From: Acidobacteriota bacterium
GTDB lineage: Bacteria; Acidobacteriota; UBA890; WLXD01
Direction: 5' to 3'
NCBI GenBank assembly: GCA_963666055.2
Contig: CAXWPH010000002.1
Location: 194,759-258,758, forward strand
Length of the DNA stretch: 64,000 nucleotides
The notes under the pieces were generated by a model that ran no database searches, had not been told where the DNA came from, and worked only from the letters and a program-made list of their open reading frames with translations. Shown here piece after piece: positions 18,715 through 29,400 of this stretch. Numbering within the stretch: position 1 is the stretch's first letter; each line of letters starts with the position of its first letter. The position numbers were made by a program, and so were the translations under genes.

Positions 18715-19914
18715 GGCGAGCCTCCGGGGTTCAGCTCTGTTTCGAGGGGGGTGCCAAGGGCCTCCCTGACCAAAGGGAGCATCTCTTCCGCGATCAGGGT
18801 GTGCCCGACCCAGTTCGGATGGCACCCATCGTTGGTGACATAGTACTGGGGTTGCCGCCGCAGCACCTGGCGACCGTAGATCGAGCGGTAATGATCGACT
18901 TTCTCCGGGTGCAGCGTACCGTCGACCAATGCTTCTCGACGTTCCTTGAACAACGGACCGACGTTGAGGATCGGGCTGTTGGTCCAATCCGACACCTTGT
19001 TGATGGTGGCGACGTAGAAATCGAATCTGGTGCACACCGACATGAGGATCGTCCGCACTCCTGCCGCTTGGGCGGTCAGCACGGTATCGATCAGGTTCTG
19101 TCGATAGTCGTCGACCGGTACAGCCCGTACCGTCAGCCGCTCCGCTGTCGCGTCGTCAGGGTCCACCGCCAGCGGGTTCCTGAGGGTGAAGACCAGCCGT
19201 CGCAACAGGCGATAGGTGCGGAACTCGAGCATCTCGAACCGCAGGGCGCCCACCCAGGTATCGTCGACAGCGAGCAACTCGTCCGTGGCCACCGGGACCA
19301 CGCGAGGGTCGTTGGACCCATAGCTGATCACCATCAGGTCGGGTTCGAGCGGTAGCGCGTAGTGGCGCACCATTCCCAGGCCGTGACGGCTGTTTTGGCC
19401 CGGGATCCCCAGGTTGATGATCTCGTACCGACCCGGTAGCTGCTCGTTGAGCTTGGCCTCCAGGATGTGCTGGAAGGTCTGCTCCGGCTCGACACCCCAA
19501 CCGAAAGGTGCTGGAGTCGCCGATCGTCACGATGCGAGTCACTCCGGGGCGCTTGTGCCCGATCTGGTCCCCTCGGAACCCGTAGCTGTTCGAGTGCAGA
19601 CGGAAGGTGATGTTTTTCTCGACCTCGATCGCGTTGAATGGATTCACCGCCCGCGTGTCGACGTTCGGCTTCATGCGGTACTGAATCCAGCGCGCTTCCT
19701 CGAAGTGATACATGCCCGCGAGGACTTCAGCCGACACCGGCTTGCTGGCGTCGGCGAGCACGTCGGCCTGTCGATCCATCACCCAGGCCTCGTCCGCCAA
19801 CAGCCAAACGGGAACGGCAATCTGAGCGTTCTCGTTGCGCGCCAAGTCGGTCTCGATGTCGAGCGCCCAGATCGTCAATTCGGCGATGACGACGAACAAC
19901 AGCGGTTGCGCCAA
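18711..19914 (-). pseudogene. SGNH/GDSL hydrolase interrupted by a 1-nt frameshift
   Basis: ORF 19156..19914 carries block I (RIVTIGDSSTF) and then goes out of frame. My translation upstream of ORF 18711..19373 continues as GWGVEPEQTFQHILEAKLNEQLPGRYEIINLGIPGQNSRHGLGMVRHYALPLEPDLMVISYGSNDPR (blocks II and III). Removing one A from AAA 19504..19506 joins them as ...GDSSTFGWGVEP... Confidence 0.7.
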
Positions 19915-20188
19915 CCAGCAGCAGCAGACGCTCGCACCAGACAGGGACTCGACGATCGGTCGACAATGTTCGGTGTTCCGGGTCGCGAGGGTTGATACCT
20001 GTAGACAGTGTCCGTGGGCAGAAATCAGCGTTCAACAGGGGAGCTGGATAAGGGTTCGAGTTTACCACACGCTCGCTGCCATCGCCTTTCGATGTAGGCG
20101 CTTGCGCGTCCGACGCTTCGGCTACACTGAGACGTACCAGCCCCCGCCGATCCCCCCCGGGCTTCTCGAGCGAGTGACATCCTCCGCC

Positions 20189-21613
20189 ATGTCGCAGCGC
20201 GAACCGACCTTGTTCCAGATGTCGGCGCCGCTCGTCGTTTCGTTCGTCATGCGAGCGGCGTTCACCTTCGTCGACACGATCTACGCCGCCACCATCGGTG
20301 ACTCCGCGGTCGCGGCGATCGGCCTGACGGTGCCGTTCGAGTTCCTCATGATCGCCATCTGGGTCGGCATGTCCACGGGACTCACGGCGGCGCTGTCGAA
20401 AAGCATGGCGGCGGGCGAGGGAGGCAAGATCGAACAGTACCTGCACGCCGCCTGGCGGATGGCGTGGATCGTGTCGCCGGTGTTCATAGCCCTGGGCGCG
20501 TTCATTTGGTTCGCGGCGCCGCAATACGGCCTCTCGGACGAGGTCTTCGGGAGCTTTCGCGTCTACGCCGCGGTGATGTTGGGTGGGTCGGCGTTCACTG
20601 CCTTCTGGTCAGTTGTGCCCGACTCCATCGTCAAGGCGCACCAGGACACGCGTTCCACGATGTGGGCGGGAATCGCCTCCAACATCATCAATCTGGTGCT
20701 GAACACGATCTTCCTGTTCGTATTCCACTGGGGCATTTTCGGCATCGCGTTTTCCACCGTGCTGGGCCGTGTCGGTGGCCTGGTCTATGCGCTCAAAAAG
20801 GCGAAGGAGCACGAGGATAGGCGCCGCGATGCCGGTACCCACACCGTGCCCGGGATCGACGCGACGCCTTACTGGAGACAGCTTTCGCTGGCGCTCCCGG
20901 CGGGGCTCACCTTCGTTCTTACAGCGGTGGAGATGGCGATCATCAACGGCATGTTGGCGGGCTTCGGAGCCGCCACCGCGGCGATTGCGGCGTACTCGAT
21001 CTATCACCGCGTGCTGCTGTTCGCCATGAACCCGCTGATCGCGATGTCGGTGGCGATGCTGCCTTTCGCCAGCCGGCTGGTTGGCAAGCAGGATTGGGAC
21101 GGTCTGCGCCAGGGAATCCGACAGTCGCTGCTTGCATCGGCGGCTTACTCGGTGGTCGTGGTCGGTCCGCTGATGGTGCTCATCGGCCCCTGGCTAGCGA
21201 GCGCGCTGGCAGAGTCCGCGGAAACCGTCGCCTACGCGCGCTTCGCCCTGTTTCTGGTGCCCGCCGCGTGCCTCCTGAGCACTCCGTTTTTTCTTATGCG
21301 CCCGGTCTTCGAGGCCATGGGACGCGGCCAACCCGGACTGATCATGGCGCTGGTGCGAACCGCCATCCTCACCGTGCCGCTGGCGATACTCGGCATCCGG
21401 CTGGCGTCGTGGCTCGGTTACCCGCAGATCTACGGCATGCTGGTCGGACTCCTCCTGGTCGCGCTGCTCTCGTCGGTCGCTTTCGTCCTCTGGTTGCGAC
21501 GTGCTCTCGGTGATTTCATTGATAGCCACTTGCTCTTGGAGCCAGCGCCGGCGCAACCGGGCGCCTCGGCGCTCCTGCCGGACACCGGCCTGCAGCCGGA
21601 ACCGCCCGAATAG
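20189..21613 (+). CDS. MATE-family efflux transporter
   Basis: Starts at MSQREPTLFQMSAPLVVSFVMRAAFTFVDTIYAA (ATG 20189). 12 TM segments. The ORF-track N-terminal extension from 19835 overlaps the divergent gene. Confidence 0.88.
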   Translation: MSQREPTLFQMSAPLVVSFVMRAAFTFVDTIYAATIGDSAVAAIGLTVPFEFLMIAIWVGMSTGLTAALSKSMAAGEGGKIEQYLHAAWRMAWIVSPVFIALGAFIWFAAPQYGLSDEVFGSFRVYAAVMLGGSAFTAFWSVVPDSIVKAHQDTRSTMWAGIASNIINLVLNTIFLFVFHWGIFGIAFSTVLGRVGGLVYALKKAKEHEDRRRDAGTHTVPGIDATPYWRQLSLALPAGLTFVLTAVEMAIINGMLAGFGAATAAIAAYSIYHRVLLFAMNPLIAMSVAMLPFASRLVGKQDWDGLRQGIRQSLLASAAYSVVVVGPLMVLIGPWLASALAESAETVAYARFALFLVPAACLLSTPFFLMRPVFEAMGRGQPGLIMALVRTAILTVPLAILGIRLASWLGYPQIYGMLVGLLLVALLSSVAFVLWLRRALGDFIDSHLLLEPAPAQPGASALLPDTGLQPEPPE

Positions 21614-21675
21614 CCGCGCCGTTTGCCGCAAGCCGCCATCGGAGCACTCGCCGCCGCAAGCAATCCGACAACCTC

Positions 21676-23415
21676 GTGCCAACCGGGGAGCAAGCCCGCG
21701 TGACCGATCTTCGCAACCAAGAATTTCCGCGCACCTTCGTACCGGACAACATCGATCTCGGCAACTGGGAGGCGGTGCAGCCGTGGGTCGAAAAGCTGCT
21801 CGAGCGGCAACTGACGTCGGCCGCCGACCTGGAGCAGTGGTTGCTGGACCTTTCCGAGCTGCAGTCGTGTGTCTCCGAGGAGAGGGCTCGCCGCTATATC
21901 GCCATGACCTGCGATACCGAGGACGAGGCCGCCGAGCGTCGCTACCTGGAGCTCATCGAGCACTTCATGCCGGCCGCCAAACCGTGGTTTCACAAGCTCA
22001 ACGAGTACTACGTCGCCAGCCCACACCGGGTCGAGCTCGATGAGAGCCGCTATGCGGTTCTGGATCGAGGTACGGCCACGGACATCGAGCTATATCGCGA
22101 GCAAAACATCGAGCTACAGACCCAAGCGAGTGTCCTCAGCCAGCGTTACCAGAAGATCAGCGGTGCCATGACCGTGGAGTTTCGCGGCGAGGAGCGCACT
22201 TTGCCGCAGATGGGGAAGTTCCTCGAGGAGACCGATCGCGACCTGCGCCAGGAGGTCTGGGAGGCTATCTGGGATCGCCGCCTGCAGGATCGCGACGCCT
22301 GTGACGAGATCTTCGATGAGCTGGTCGAGCTACGGCATCAGATCGCGCTGAATGCCGACTGCTCCGACTATCGTGAATACACCTTCAAGTCGTACCACCG
22401 CTTCGACTACACGCCGGAGTCCTGCGAGCGATTCCACGAGGCCGTCGAAAGGGACGTCATGCCGCTCGTGCTGACCTTGGCTGATCAGCGTCGCTCGGCA
22501 CTCGGCGTCGATTACCTGCGACCATGGGATTTCGGCGTCGACCCCCTCGGTCGGCCACCGTTACGCCCGTTCGAAGACGTCAACGAGCTCGGGCAAGGGG
22601 TGCGCCGTATCTTCGCGCGCCTCGATCCCGAGCTCGAGGCCCAGTTCGTCAGCATGCTCGAGGGCGGCGAGCTCGACCTGGAATCGCGTAAGGGCAAGGC
22701 GCCAGGAGGCTATCAGTCGTCGTTGGAGGAAGTCCGGCGCCCGTTTATCTTCATGAATGCGGCGGGGTTGCATCGCGACGTCGAGACGTTGCTACACGAA
22801 TCGGGCCACGCCTTCCACGCTCTTGCCGCTCGCTACGAGCCGCTGGTGGAGTACCGCCACGCCCCGATCGAGTTTGCCGAGGTAGCCTCGATGACCATGG
22901 AGCTGTTCGGCGATGACCACCTTGACGAGTTCTACAGCGCCGCCGACGCGGCGCGTGCCAAGCGCAAGCACCTCGAAGGCATTATCGAGCTGCTCCCCTG
23001 GATCGCTCGTGTCGATGCCTTCCAGCACTGGATCTACACGAATCCGCAGCACACGCGGGAGGACCGTACGGCAGCCTGGCTACAACTGGGTGAGCGTTTC
23101 GAGGTACCGATCGAATGGACCGGGCACGAGGACCAACGCGACGCAGGCTGGCAGCGACAACTGCACATCTTCTGCTACCCGTTCTACTACATCGAATACG
23201 GCATCGCCCAACTTGGCGCATTACAGATCTGGAACACGTTCAAGCGCGATTCGGCTCGCGGCCTGTCCGACTATCGAGCTGCGCTGGCTCTTGGTGGCTC
23301 GCTTCCGCTACCGAAGTTGTTCGAGGCTGCCGGTGCGAAGCTCGCCTTTGATGAGCGCACCATCGCGCCGCTGATGGACCGAGTTGGGGAGGAACTGGCG
23401 ACGTTGCCTGCCTAG
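21676..23415 (+). CDS. pepF: oligoendopeptidase F-family metallopeptidase (M3B)
   Basis: Zn motif HESGHAFH. About 580 aa. C-terminal PFYYIEYGIAQLGALQIW is typical of PepF. Confidence 0.9.
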   Translation: MPTGEQARVTDLRNQEFPRTFVPDNIDLGNWEAVQPWVEKLLERQLTSAADLEQWLLDLSELQSCVSEERARRYIAMTCDTEDEAAERRYLELIEHFMPAAKPWFHKLNEYYVASPHRVELDESRYAVLDRGTATDIELYREQNIELQTQASVLSQRYQKISGAMTVEFRGEERTLPQMGKFLEETDRDLRQEVWEAIWDRRLQDRDACDEIFDELVELRHQIALNADCSDYREYTFKSYHRFDYTPESCERFHEAVERDVMPLVLTLADQRRSALGVDYLRPWDFGVDPLGRPPLRPFEDVNELGQGVRRIFARLDPELEAQFVSMLEGGELDLESRKGKAPGGYQSSLEEVRRPFIFMNAAGLHRDVETLLHESGHAFHALAARYEPLVEYRHAPIEFAEVASMTMELFGDDHLDEFYSAADAARAKRKHLEGIIELLPWIARVDAFQHWIYTNPQHTREDRTAAWLQLGERFEVPIEWTGHEDQRDAGWQRQLHIFCYPFYYIEYGIAQLGALQIWNTFKRDSARGLSDYRAALALGGSLPLPKLFEAAGAKLAFDERTIAPLMDRVGEELATLPA

Positions 23416-23453
23416 CAGACCACTGTGAAAGTGTAGCGGGCCTGGCGATGGGG
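23412..23453 (+). repeat. CTAG-anchored intergenic repeat, copy 1
   Basis: CTAGCAGACCACTGTGAAAGTGTAGCGGGCCTGGCGATGGGG. 23 of the first 29 nt match the copy at 40765. Its CTAG contains the pepF stop codon. Confidence 0.6.
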
Positions 23454-23469
23454 TCCGTTCTGGACTGGC

Positions 23470-24135
23470 TCAACGTTGGCGCAGGAACTCCCGTATCATC
23501 GCCAGCACTGTACCCACCGCGCCGATGTTGTAGCCCTCCGGAATCACCAGATCCGCGTATGCCCTGGAAGGCTCGACAAACTCGACGTGCATGGGCCGCA
23601 CTGTCGCCCGGTACTGATCGAAGACCGACCCCACCGTGCGCTCGCGGTCGCGGATGTCGCGCTCGACGCGCCGCATGAGCCGCACGTCGGCGTCGGTGTC
23701 GACGAAGATCTTCAGGTCCATCAGCTGTCGTAACTGCGGCTCCGCCAGCACCAGCACTCCCTCGACCAGGATCACCGATCGCGGCTCGACCCGTTCGGTC
23801 TCGACGCGCCGCGTGTGGGTCGTAAAGTCATATAACGGCCTGTCTATGGCAGCACGATGCACCAGTACGTTGAGGTGCTCGACGAGCAACTCGGTCTCGA
23901 GTGAGTCGGGATGATCGTAGTTCTGCTGTTCGCGCTCTGCCGCCGGCAGGTGTCCGAGGTCGCGGTAGTAGGAGTCGTGCAGGATCAACGCGCAGTGATC
24001 CTTGCCGATCTCTTCGGCCATGGCGTTGGCGATCGTAGTCTTGCCGGAGCCGGAGCCGCCGGCGATGCCGATGATCAGCGGTTTGCCGTCGCCGGTCGAC
24101 CAGCGCGGTTCGCGTTCGAGATCGAGGCGGGGCAT
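23470..24135 (-). CDS. udk: uridine kinase
   Basis: P-loop IIGIAGGSGSGKTTIA, HDSYY, YDHPDS, DFTTHTR, ILVEGVL, D(A)DVRLMRRVERD. Confidence 0.93.
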   Translation of the reverse strand: MPRLDLEREPRWSTGDGKPLIIGIAGGSGSGKTTIANAMAEEIGKDHCALILHDSYYRDLGHLPAAEREQQNYDHPDSLETELLVEHLNVLVHRAAIDRPLYDFTTHTRRVETERVEPRSVILVEGVLVLAEPQLRQLMDLKIFVDTDADVRLMRRVERDIRDRERTVGSVFDQYRATVRPMHVEFVEPSRAYADLVIPEGYNIGAVGTVLAMIREFLRQR

Positions 24136-24329
24136 GGTGTAGTTGCCTTGCGTTGGCGAGACGTGGCGAGCGCCGACCGCAGTGAGCGCCGAGGGTGGAC
24201 ACGTCGCACGACCCCGACGGAGTTTCTGACAGATTAGCGACAGCGCGGCGATCCTTATAGGTTCCTGGCGACTGTCTTTCCAGGCTATCAGCGAACACGA
24301 TCACCGCAAGATAACGGAAGGTAGCGGTA

Positions 24330-25406
24330 GTGCAACAGCGAATACCAGCCACGTTCAAGGCTCATGAGGGCACCTATGACCTCGCCGATGACGCCGACTT
24401 CATCGAGCTGCTCTATCGCATCCTCCTGGAGCGCCCGGTCGACGATCCCGGCAGGAAGTACTACCTCGAGGAACTAAGAACAGGCCGCCTGGATCGTCGA
24501 GAATTTCGCGACGAGCTGCTCGGGTCTGACGAGTACCGTTATGGAAACAAATTCAACTACCCGTACCGTTACGCACTGGAGGACTTCATCGAGGTCTTCT
24601 CGGCCGCCGCGTTCGAGACCTATGTATCCGAGCAGCCTTTCAGCGACGTGCAGCTGATCGAGTGCGTGAACCCGCGTAAGTGGTTCGAGCCGGAATGGCG
24701 GACGATCCTGGGGGAGCTCGGGCTCGATCCGCTGCCACAACTGATGCACCGCAAGACCTTCGAGTGGGTGCAGACGCTCTACGGCATGCAGGTTCTGGGG
24801 CGGCTGCACGAGTCGACTCGATGTCTCGGAGTGGCCAGCGGGCACGAGGCCGTTCTTTACTGGTTGGCCAACCGCGTTGGCGAGATCGTCGGGACCGATC
24901 TGTTCGAGGGCGGCTGGTCAGTCCATATGGCGCGGGAAGGTGATCCCGATGTCATCGTCAACGCGTCGAAGTACGCGCCGTTCGCCTACCGTGAGGATCA
25001 CCTCCACTTCATGAAGATGGACGCGCGCCAGCTCGAGTTCGACGACGATCGATTCGACGTGGTGATCTCGCTGTCGTCAATCGAGCACTTCGGGGGCAAC
25101 GAGGCAGCGGCGCAATCGATGCGCGAAATGGCCCGGGTGTGTCGTCCGGGCGGGCTGGTTATCGTCGCCACCGAATTGATTCTCAACGATGTGTCGCATG
25201 CGGAGTTCTTCAGCATCGACGAGCTGCTGGTGCATCTGGTAGCGGCGTCGGGGATGAGGCTCATTCAGTTACCAGAGTTCATGCTCCCACGCTACGTTCT
25301 CCAGAACCCCTCGGCGATGCCACTCGATACGTACAGGTTCCCGCACCTGGTGCTCGACAGCGAAGGCTGCATACACACCTCGGTCATTCTGTTTTTCGAG
25401 GCGTGA
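24330..25406 (+). CDS. DUF4214-domain protein fused to a class I SAM-dependent methyltransferase
   Basis: N-terminus FIELLYRILLERPVDDPGRKYYLEELRTGRLDRREFRDELLGSDEY (DUF4214-like). C-terminal MTase motifs GVASGHE, FDVVISLSSIEHFG, RVCRPGGLVIVATE. Confidence 0.75.
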   Translation: MQQRIPATFKAHEGTYDLADDADFIELLYRILLERPVDDPGRKYYLEELRTGRLDRREFRDELLGSDEYRYGNKFNYPYRYALEDFIEVFSAAAFETYVSEQPFSDVQLIECVNPRKWFEPEWRTILGELGLDPLPQLMHRKTFEWVQTLYGMQVLGRLHESTRCLGVASGHEAVLYWLANRVGEIVGTDLFEGGWSVHMAREGDPDVIVNASKYAPFAYREDHLHFMKMDARQLEFDDDRFDVVISLSSIEHFGGNEAAAQSMREMARVCRPGGLVIVATELILNDVSHAEFFSIDELLVHLVAASGMRLIQLPEFMLPRYVLQNPSAMPLDTYRFPHLVLDSEGCIHTSVILFFEA

Positions 25407-25578
25407 TGGCAGCCGGCCGGTGTCCGGCGCACCGGTGCACCGGAAGCGGCGGATAACGGGGGAACTCCGGTGCCGTGTCGGCTTTGGCGCAACGAAGGAA
25501 CTCGGAGCCGCGGTCGGTGCGCAGGCGTCGCGCGTGAGCACAATCGCCGCACAGTCCTGGCTTTATTCCCGAGATCAT
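25384..25578 (-). CDS. small cysteine-rich (putative Zn-binding) protein
   Basis: 64 aa: MISGIKPGLCGDCAHARRLRTDRGSEFLRCAKADTAPEFPRYPPLPVHRCAGH. The CxxC...C...C pattern resembles a small conserved hypothetical family I recall (C-x2-C-x-H...RGS-F-L-C...P-[KR]-YP-LPV-C). Its 3' end overlaps the convergent methyltransferase by 23 nt. Confidence 0.5.
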   Translation of the reverse strand: MISGIKPGLCGDCAHARRLRTDRGSEFLRCAKADTAPEFPRYPPLPVHRCAGHRPAAITPRKTE

Positions 25579-25708
25579 CGCCCCTGCTCCGATCGCCCGG
25601 CGAGTAGCGCCCAGGCGAGCTTATCTGCTCCGGGACGAGATTCGAACAGTGGTCTGTCCCTATAATGGACTGTAGAGCGAGTGCTCCTGACCCCGTGGAG
25701 GCGGGCGG

Positions 25709-26407
25709 ATGACCACCATGAGAACGTACATGTGGCGAGCGACTTTGGCGGCACTGGTGCTGGCGCTGCTGCTGCCGGCGGCTGCTGAAGGGCAAAAGAA
25801 AAAGAAGAAGAAAAAAAAGAGCGCTGGCGCGGCCGTGCAGAAGACGGTGGCTGTCGAGGTGTTGCCGCTGTTCGACCGCGGTGCGTACTCTGCGGTCGTC
25901 GATGCGGTGGATAAGGCGGCTGGTCCGGAGGTTCGTGTTAGCCCTGACGCGCTGTTCGTCGCGGGTATGAGCCAGGAGGCGATGAGCGCCTTGGGCAGCG
26001 CCAGCAGGACATACGCCGGACTCGACAAGCTCGCCAGCAACGACCCCTGGCATTACCTGGGGGGATCCGCGGCGGCGTTGGTCGCCGGGGATCTCGATCA
26101 TGCGTTGAACGCCGCGGTACGTGGCGTCGAGCTAGCCAACGGTGACAAGGTGGCGCACAAGTACGCGCATTTCCAGCACGGCCGGGTATTGATGGCGCGC
26201 CAGGATTTCGCTGCATCGAGCGACGCCTTCATTCGCACGCTGCAGATCGACGGTCGGTTCGCCTATGCGCATTACTGGGCCGGATTCAGCTACAACAAAA
26301 CCGGCAACCTGGTGTCGATGACCAATCACTTCGAGCGTTTCCTGGAGCTGGCACCGGAGGCTCCGGAGCGCCAACAGGTCATGGCGATCCTGGCGGCGAT
26401 GCGCTGA
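25709..26407 (+). CDS. secreted TPR-repeat protein with a poly-lysine tract
   Basis: Signal peptide WRATLAALVLALLLPAAAEG followed by QKKKKKKKKS. TPR-like helices (e.g. AYAHYWAGFSYNKTGNLVSMTNHFERFLELAP). Confidence 0.75.
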   Translation: MTTMRTYMWRATLAALVLALLLPAAAEGQKKKKKKKKSAGAAVQKTVAVEVLPLFDRGAYSAVVDAVDKAAGPEVRVSPDALFVAGMSQEAMSALGSASRTYAGLDKLASNDPWHYLGGSAAALVAGDLDHALNAAVRGVELANGDKVAHKYAHFQHGRVLMARQDFAASSDAFIRTLQIDGRFAYAHYWAGFSYNKTGNLVSMTNHFERFLELAPEAPERQQVMAILAAMR

Positions 26408-26416
26408 CGACGCCGG

Positions 26417-29400
26417 TCAGAAGATGTGGCCGATGCCGAAATGGAAGCGCCCGCCAGGGGCGTCGGGCAGATGTGAAAGGTCGCTGAGGCGCACGCCGTA
26501 GTCGAGCCGCAGCGTCAGGTATGGGGTTACCAGCCGTATCCCCAGCCCGGTCGAGAGCTTCAGTCGTCCCAGGCGTATGTCAGAGGCCGTCGCGAAGGCA
26601 CTGCCTGCGTCCAGGAAGGCGACGCCGCGAATCCAGCGCCAGATCGGAAACCGCGCCTCTTGATTGAGCACCAGAACGGCGTTGCCGCCGGGGACGAAGG
26701 TGCCAAAGAAATCTGTGCCGCCAACGGTGCCATCCGGGTAGCCGCGGAGAGAGGTCGAACCACCGGCTACGAAGCGCTCGCTGCGTGGTAGCTGCGTCGA
26801 TGTGGGATCGAGACTGATGCCGCTGCCGAAGCGAATCGCGCTGGCGAAGGTCAGTCGGCCAAGGCTGAAGAACGCATATTGTTTCAAGTGCAGCTTGCGG
26901 AACAGTAGCTCCGACCCGAGCCGGGCCGGCGCCCATTCGAGGCTGGCGCTCTGGAACAGTCCGCGGCTGGGTTCGAGCCGATCGTCGCGGGTATCGTGGA
27001 TGATCGTCGGCACCAGACGGGCCGAGGTTACCGGCTCGAGTTGAAAGTCCTGGCCGACCAAGGTCGAACGAGCGCGCTTCAGGCTGTAGCTGTACCCGAC
27101 CGTCAGCGACGACGACAGGCTGAGGCGTTGCTCCAGGGCGAACTCGGTGTTGTCGACGCGGGTGGTGAAGAAGCCCTCGGTCTCGCTGCCTGAGCGCTCG
27201 CCGATCAGCGCGGTGCGTACCGGTGCTCCGAAAAGCCCGTGGAAGCCGAGCACACCGCGAATCAGTCTGTCCTTGCCGCGATAGCGGGCCGTCACACTGA
27301 GCTCGGCGGGCAGGCCGAGCAGGGCGCTGTGGCTCACCGTGGCGGCAACGCCCGCTTGTGTCTCGCGTTGATCCTCTAGGGTTTCGTCGCTCAACAGCTG
27401 AACTCCGTAACGTATCCGCAGGCGCGGCTGCTCCTCGACCTCCACACGCAGGACGACCGGTTGGCGCCCGTTGCTGGCCGGGCCACTATGTTGGACTTCC
27501 AGCTTGATGCGCTCGAACACGCCCGTAGCATAGAGGCGCCGCCTCGCCGCCTGGAGATCGCGCAAGACAAGAGGCGAGCCGCGTCGAGCCCTGACCGCGC
27601 CGGCGACGACCGAGCGGCGCACGCGTTCGAGGCCATCGATGCGCACATCCGTGAGGATCTGCTGCGGCGCTTCGTCGATATGCATCACGACGTCGACGCG
27701 GGAAGCTTCCGCGCTAGCCTCAATGGTTGCTCTTACGGTGGTGCCGTTGTGGCCCCGTTGGAGGTAGGCCTCGAGTACGGCGTCGACAGCCATGGCCAAC
27801 TCGCCGCGGTCGTAGGCATCGCCGGGCCGCGTTGCCAACACTTCGCGCAACGCCGCCTCGCCGACTGCCGCATTGCCGGCGAAGCTCACTTGGCCGAGCC
27901 GATAGCGATGCCCTTCGTCAATTTCGATGCGCATGCGTGCCTCGTCGCCGTCGATCTCGGGCCCAGAGGCCTGCACGACGGTGTCAAGCCAACCGCGCTC
28001 GACGTAGAGGTCGCGCACGGCGGACGCCAGCGCGTCCTGTTGTGTCCAATCGGTTGCCGCGAGCCCTTGCTCACGCAAGCGGCGGCGAATGGTGTCCGGG
28101 TCCAGGCCGGCGTTGCCGACTATGGCGGATTCACCTCGACGGTATCGCTCGCCTGGGTCGAAGCGCAGGAGGATCTCCTTGCGGGCTCCATCGGCGATTA
28201 GCTCGACAGCCACCGCGGGGCGCACGTGACCGCGCCCAGCCAGGTAGGCACGCACGATCTGCCGCATGTCTTCGAGAAGGAACTCGGTCAGGACGCTGTC
28301 TCCCCACGTCTCGAGCAACTCCTGACGCACGCCGTTCGGCAGGTTGCCCTCCACCGTGAGCACGGTTTCAGGGCCACGATCGATGGCGTACGTCAGGTCG
28401 ATGCCGGTGAACGAGCGCGGGTCCGTGCCTGCTGGCGGCGAGCGGCGGGCTCTGATGTCGACCTCCAGATATCCCCGCCGGTGGTATAGGCGCAACAAGC
28501 GGTCGCGGTCCTCCTGCCAGCGGAGGAAGTCGAAGCGATCGCCTGAGCCGACTCGCAACTCCCGCCGCAGGACATCCGCCGTGTAGCCCGAGCTTCCTTC
28601 GAATTGCACCGAGCGTACTCGCGGAGCGGTGCGGCCGGCACTGGCGCCACGTGTGTCGCCGCCCAGCACCAACTGATGCTGGAGCTCGACTGAGCGCGTG
28701 CCGTCGTCGAATGTGCCGCCGCGCAGCGCCAGACCGAAGGGAAGGCGCAGGGTTCCGATCCAGCTGCGCTCGTCGGTGTTGGTGAGGTTTTGCGAGAACA
28801 CCAGGTCGAACGTAGTCCCAATGCTCCTGGTAAGCGTGAGACGCGAGGTCAGGTCGGTATCGCGCGGAAACAATTCGCTCTGGGCTGCCGCGGCTACGCC
28901 GCCGCGCTCGAACCGCACCGACTCGAACCCCAGCTGGCGAACCGCACCGGCCAGATACTGGCCGGTGAGTAGGTCGAACGCTTGCTCCGCCAGTACCTCG
29001 CGGCCGGCGTTGCCGGCCGCCGCCACAGTGCGTCCGGTGGCCATGAGCGACAGCACGTCGCCGGAATCCAGACCGGATTCGGCGCTGGCTTCAACGATGG
29101 GGTTGAAGGCGCTGCCGGTGAGCAGAACGCTGATCTGCTCGCCACCGATCTCGGCACGCGCGGCGATGTTGAGCGTCGGTGCGACGCGGTTGGTCTCGGC
29201 GAACTCGATGATTCCTAGATCGACACTGTAGGCGTTGCCGGCGAGGCGTACGATGCCGCCCTCGCGCACCGTCATCCGGCCCAGCACGCCGGGGCGCGCG
29301 AACGTGCCGACGATCTGGAGGTCGACGGCTAGGCCGAGCTCTGCGTAGGGGGTGTCGATACGGAGGTCGTCAACCGTGCTGACGCGTATGTCGTAGCTCA

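Noticed and set aside
19835-20188. N-terminal extension of the MATE ORF, and the 265-aa minus ORF 19727..20524
   Set aside because: The extension overlaps the divergent SGNH gene and promoter region. The MATE family N-terminus (QMSAPLVVSFVM...) starts at 20189.
25631-25660. GAGATTCGAAC, which resembles the reverse complement of a tRNA T-loop
   Set aside because: The flanking bases cannot form a T-stem or an acceptor stem, and no cloverleaf can be drawn. A TATAAT at 25661 suggests promoter DNA for the TPR gene instead.
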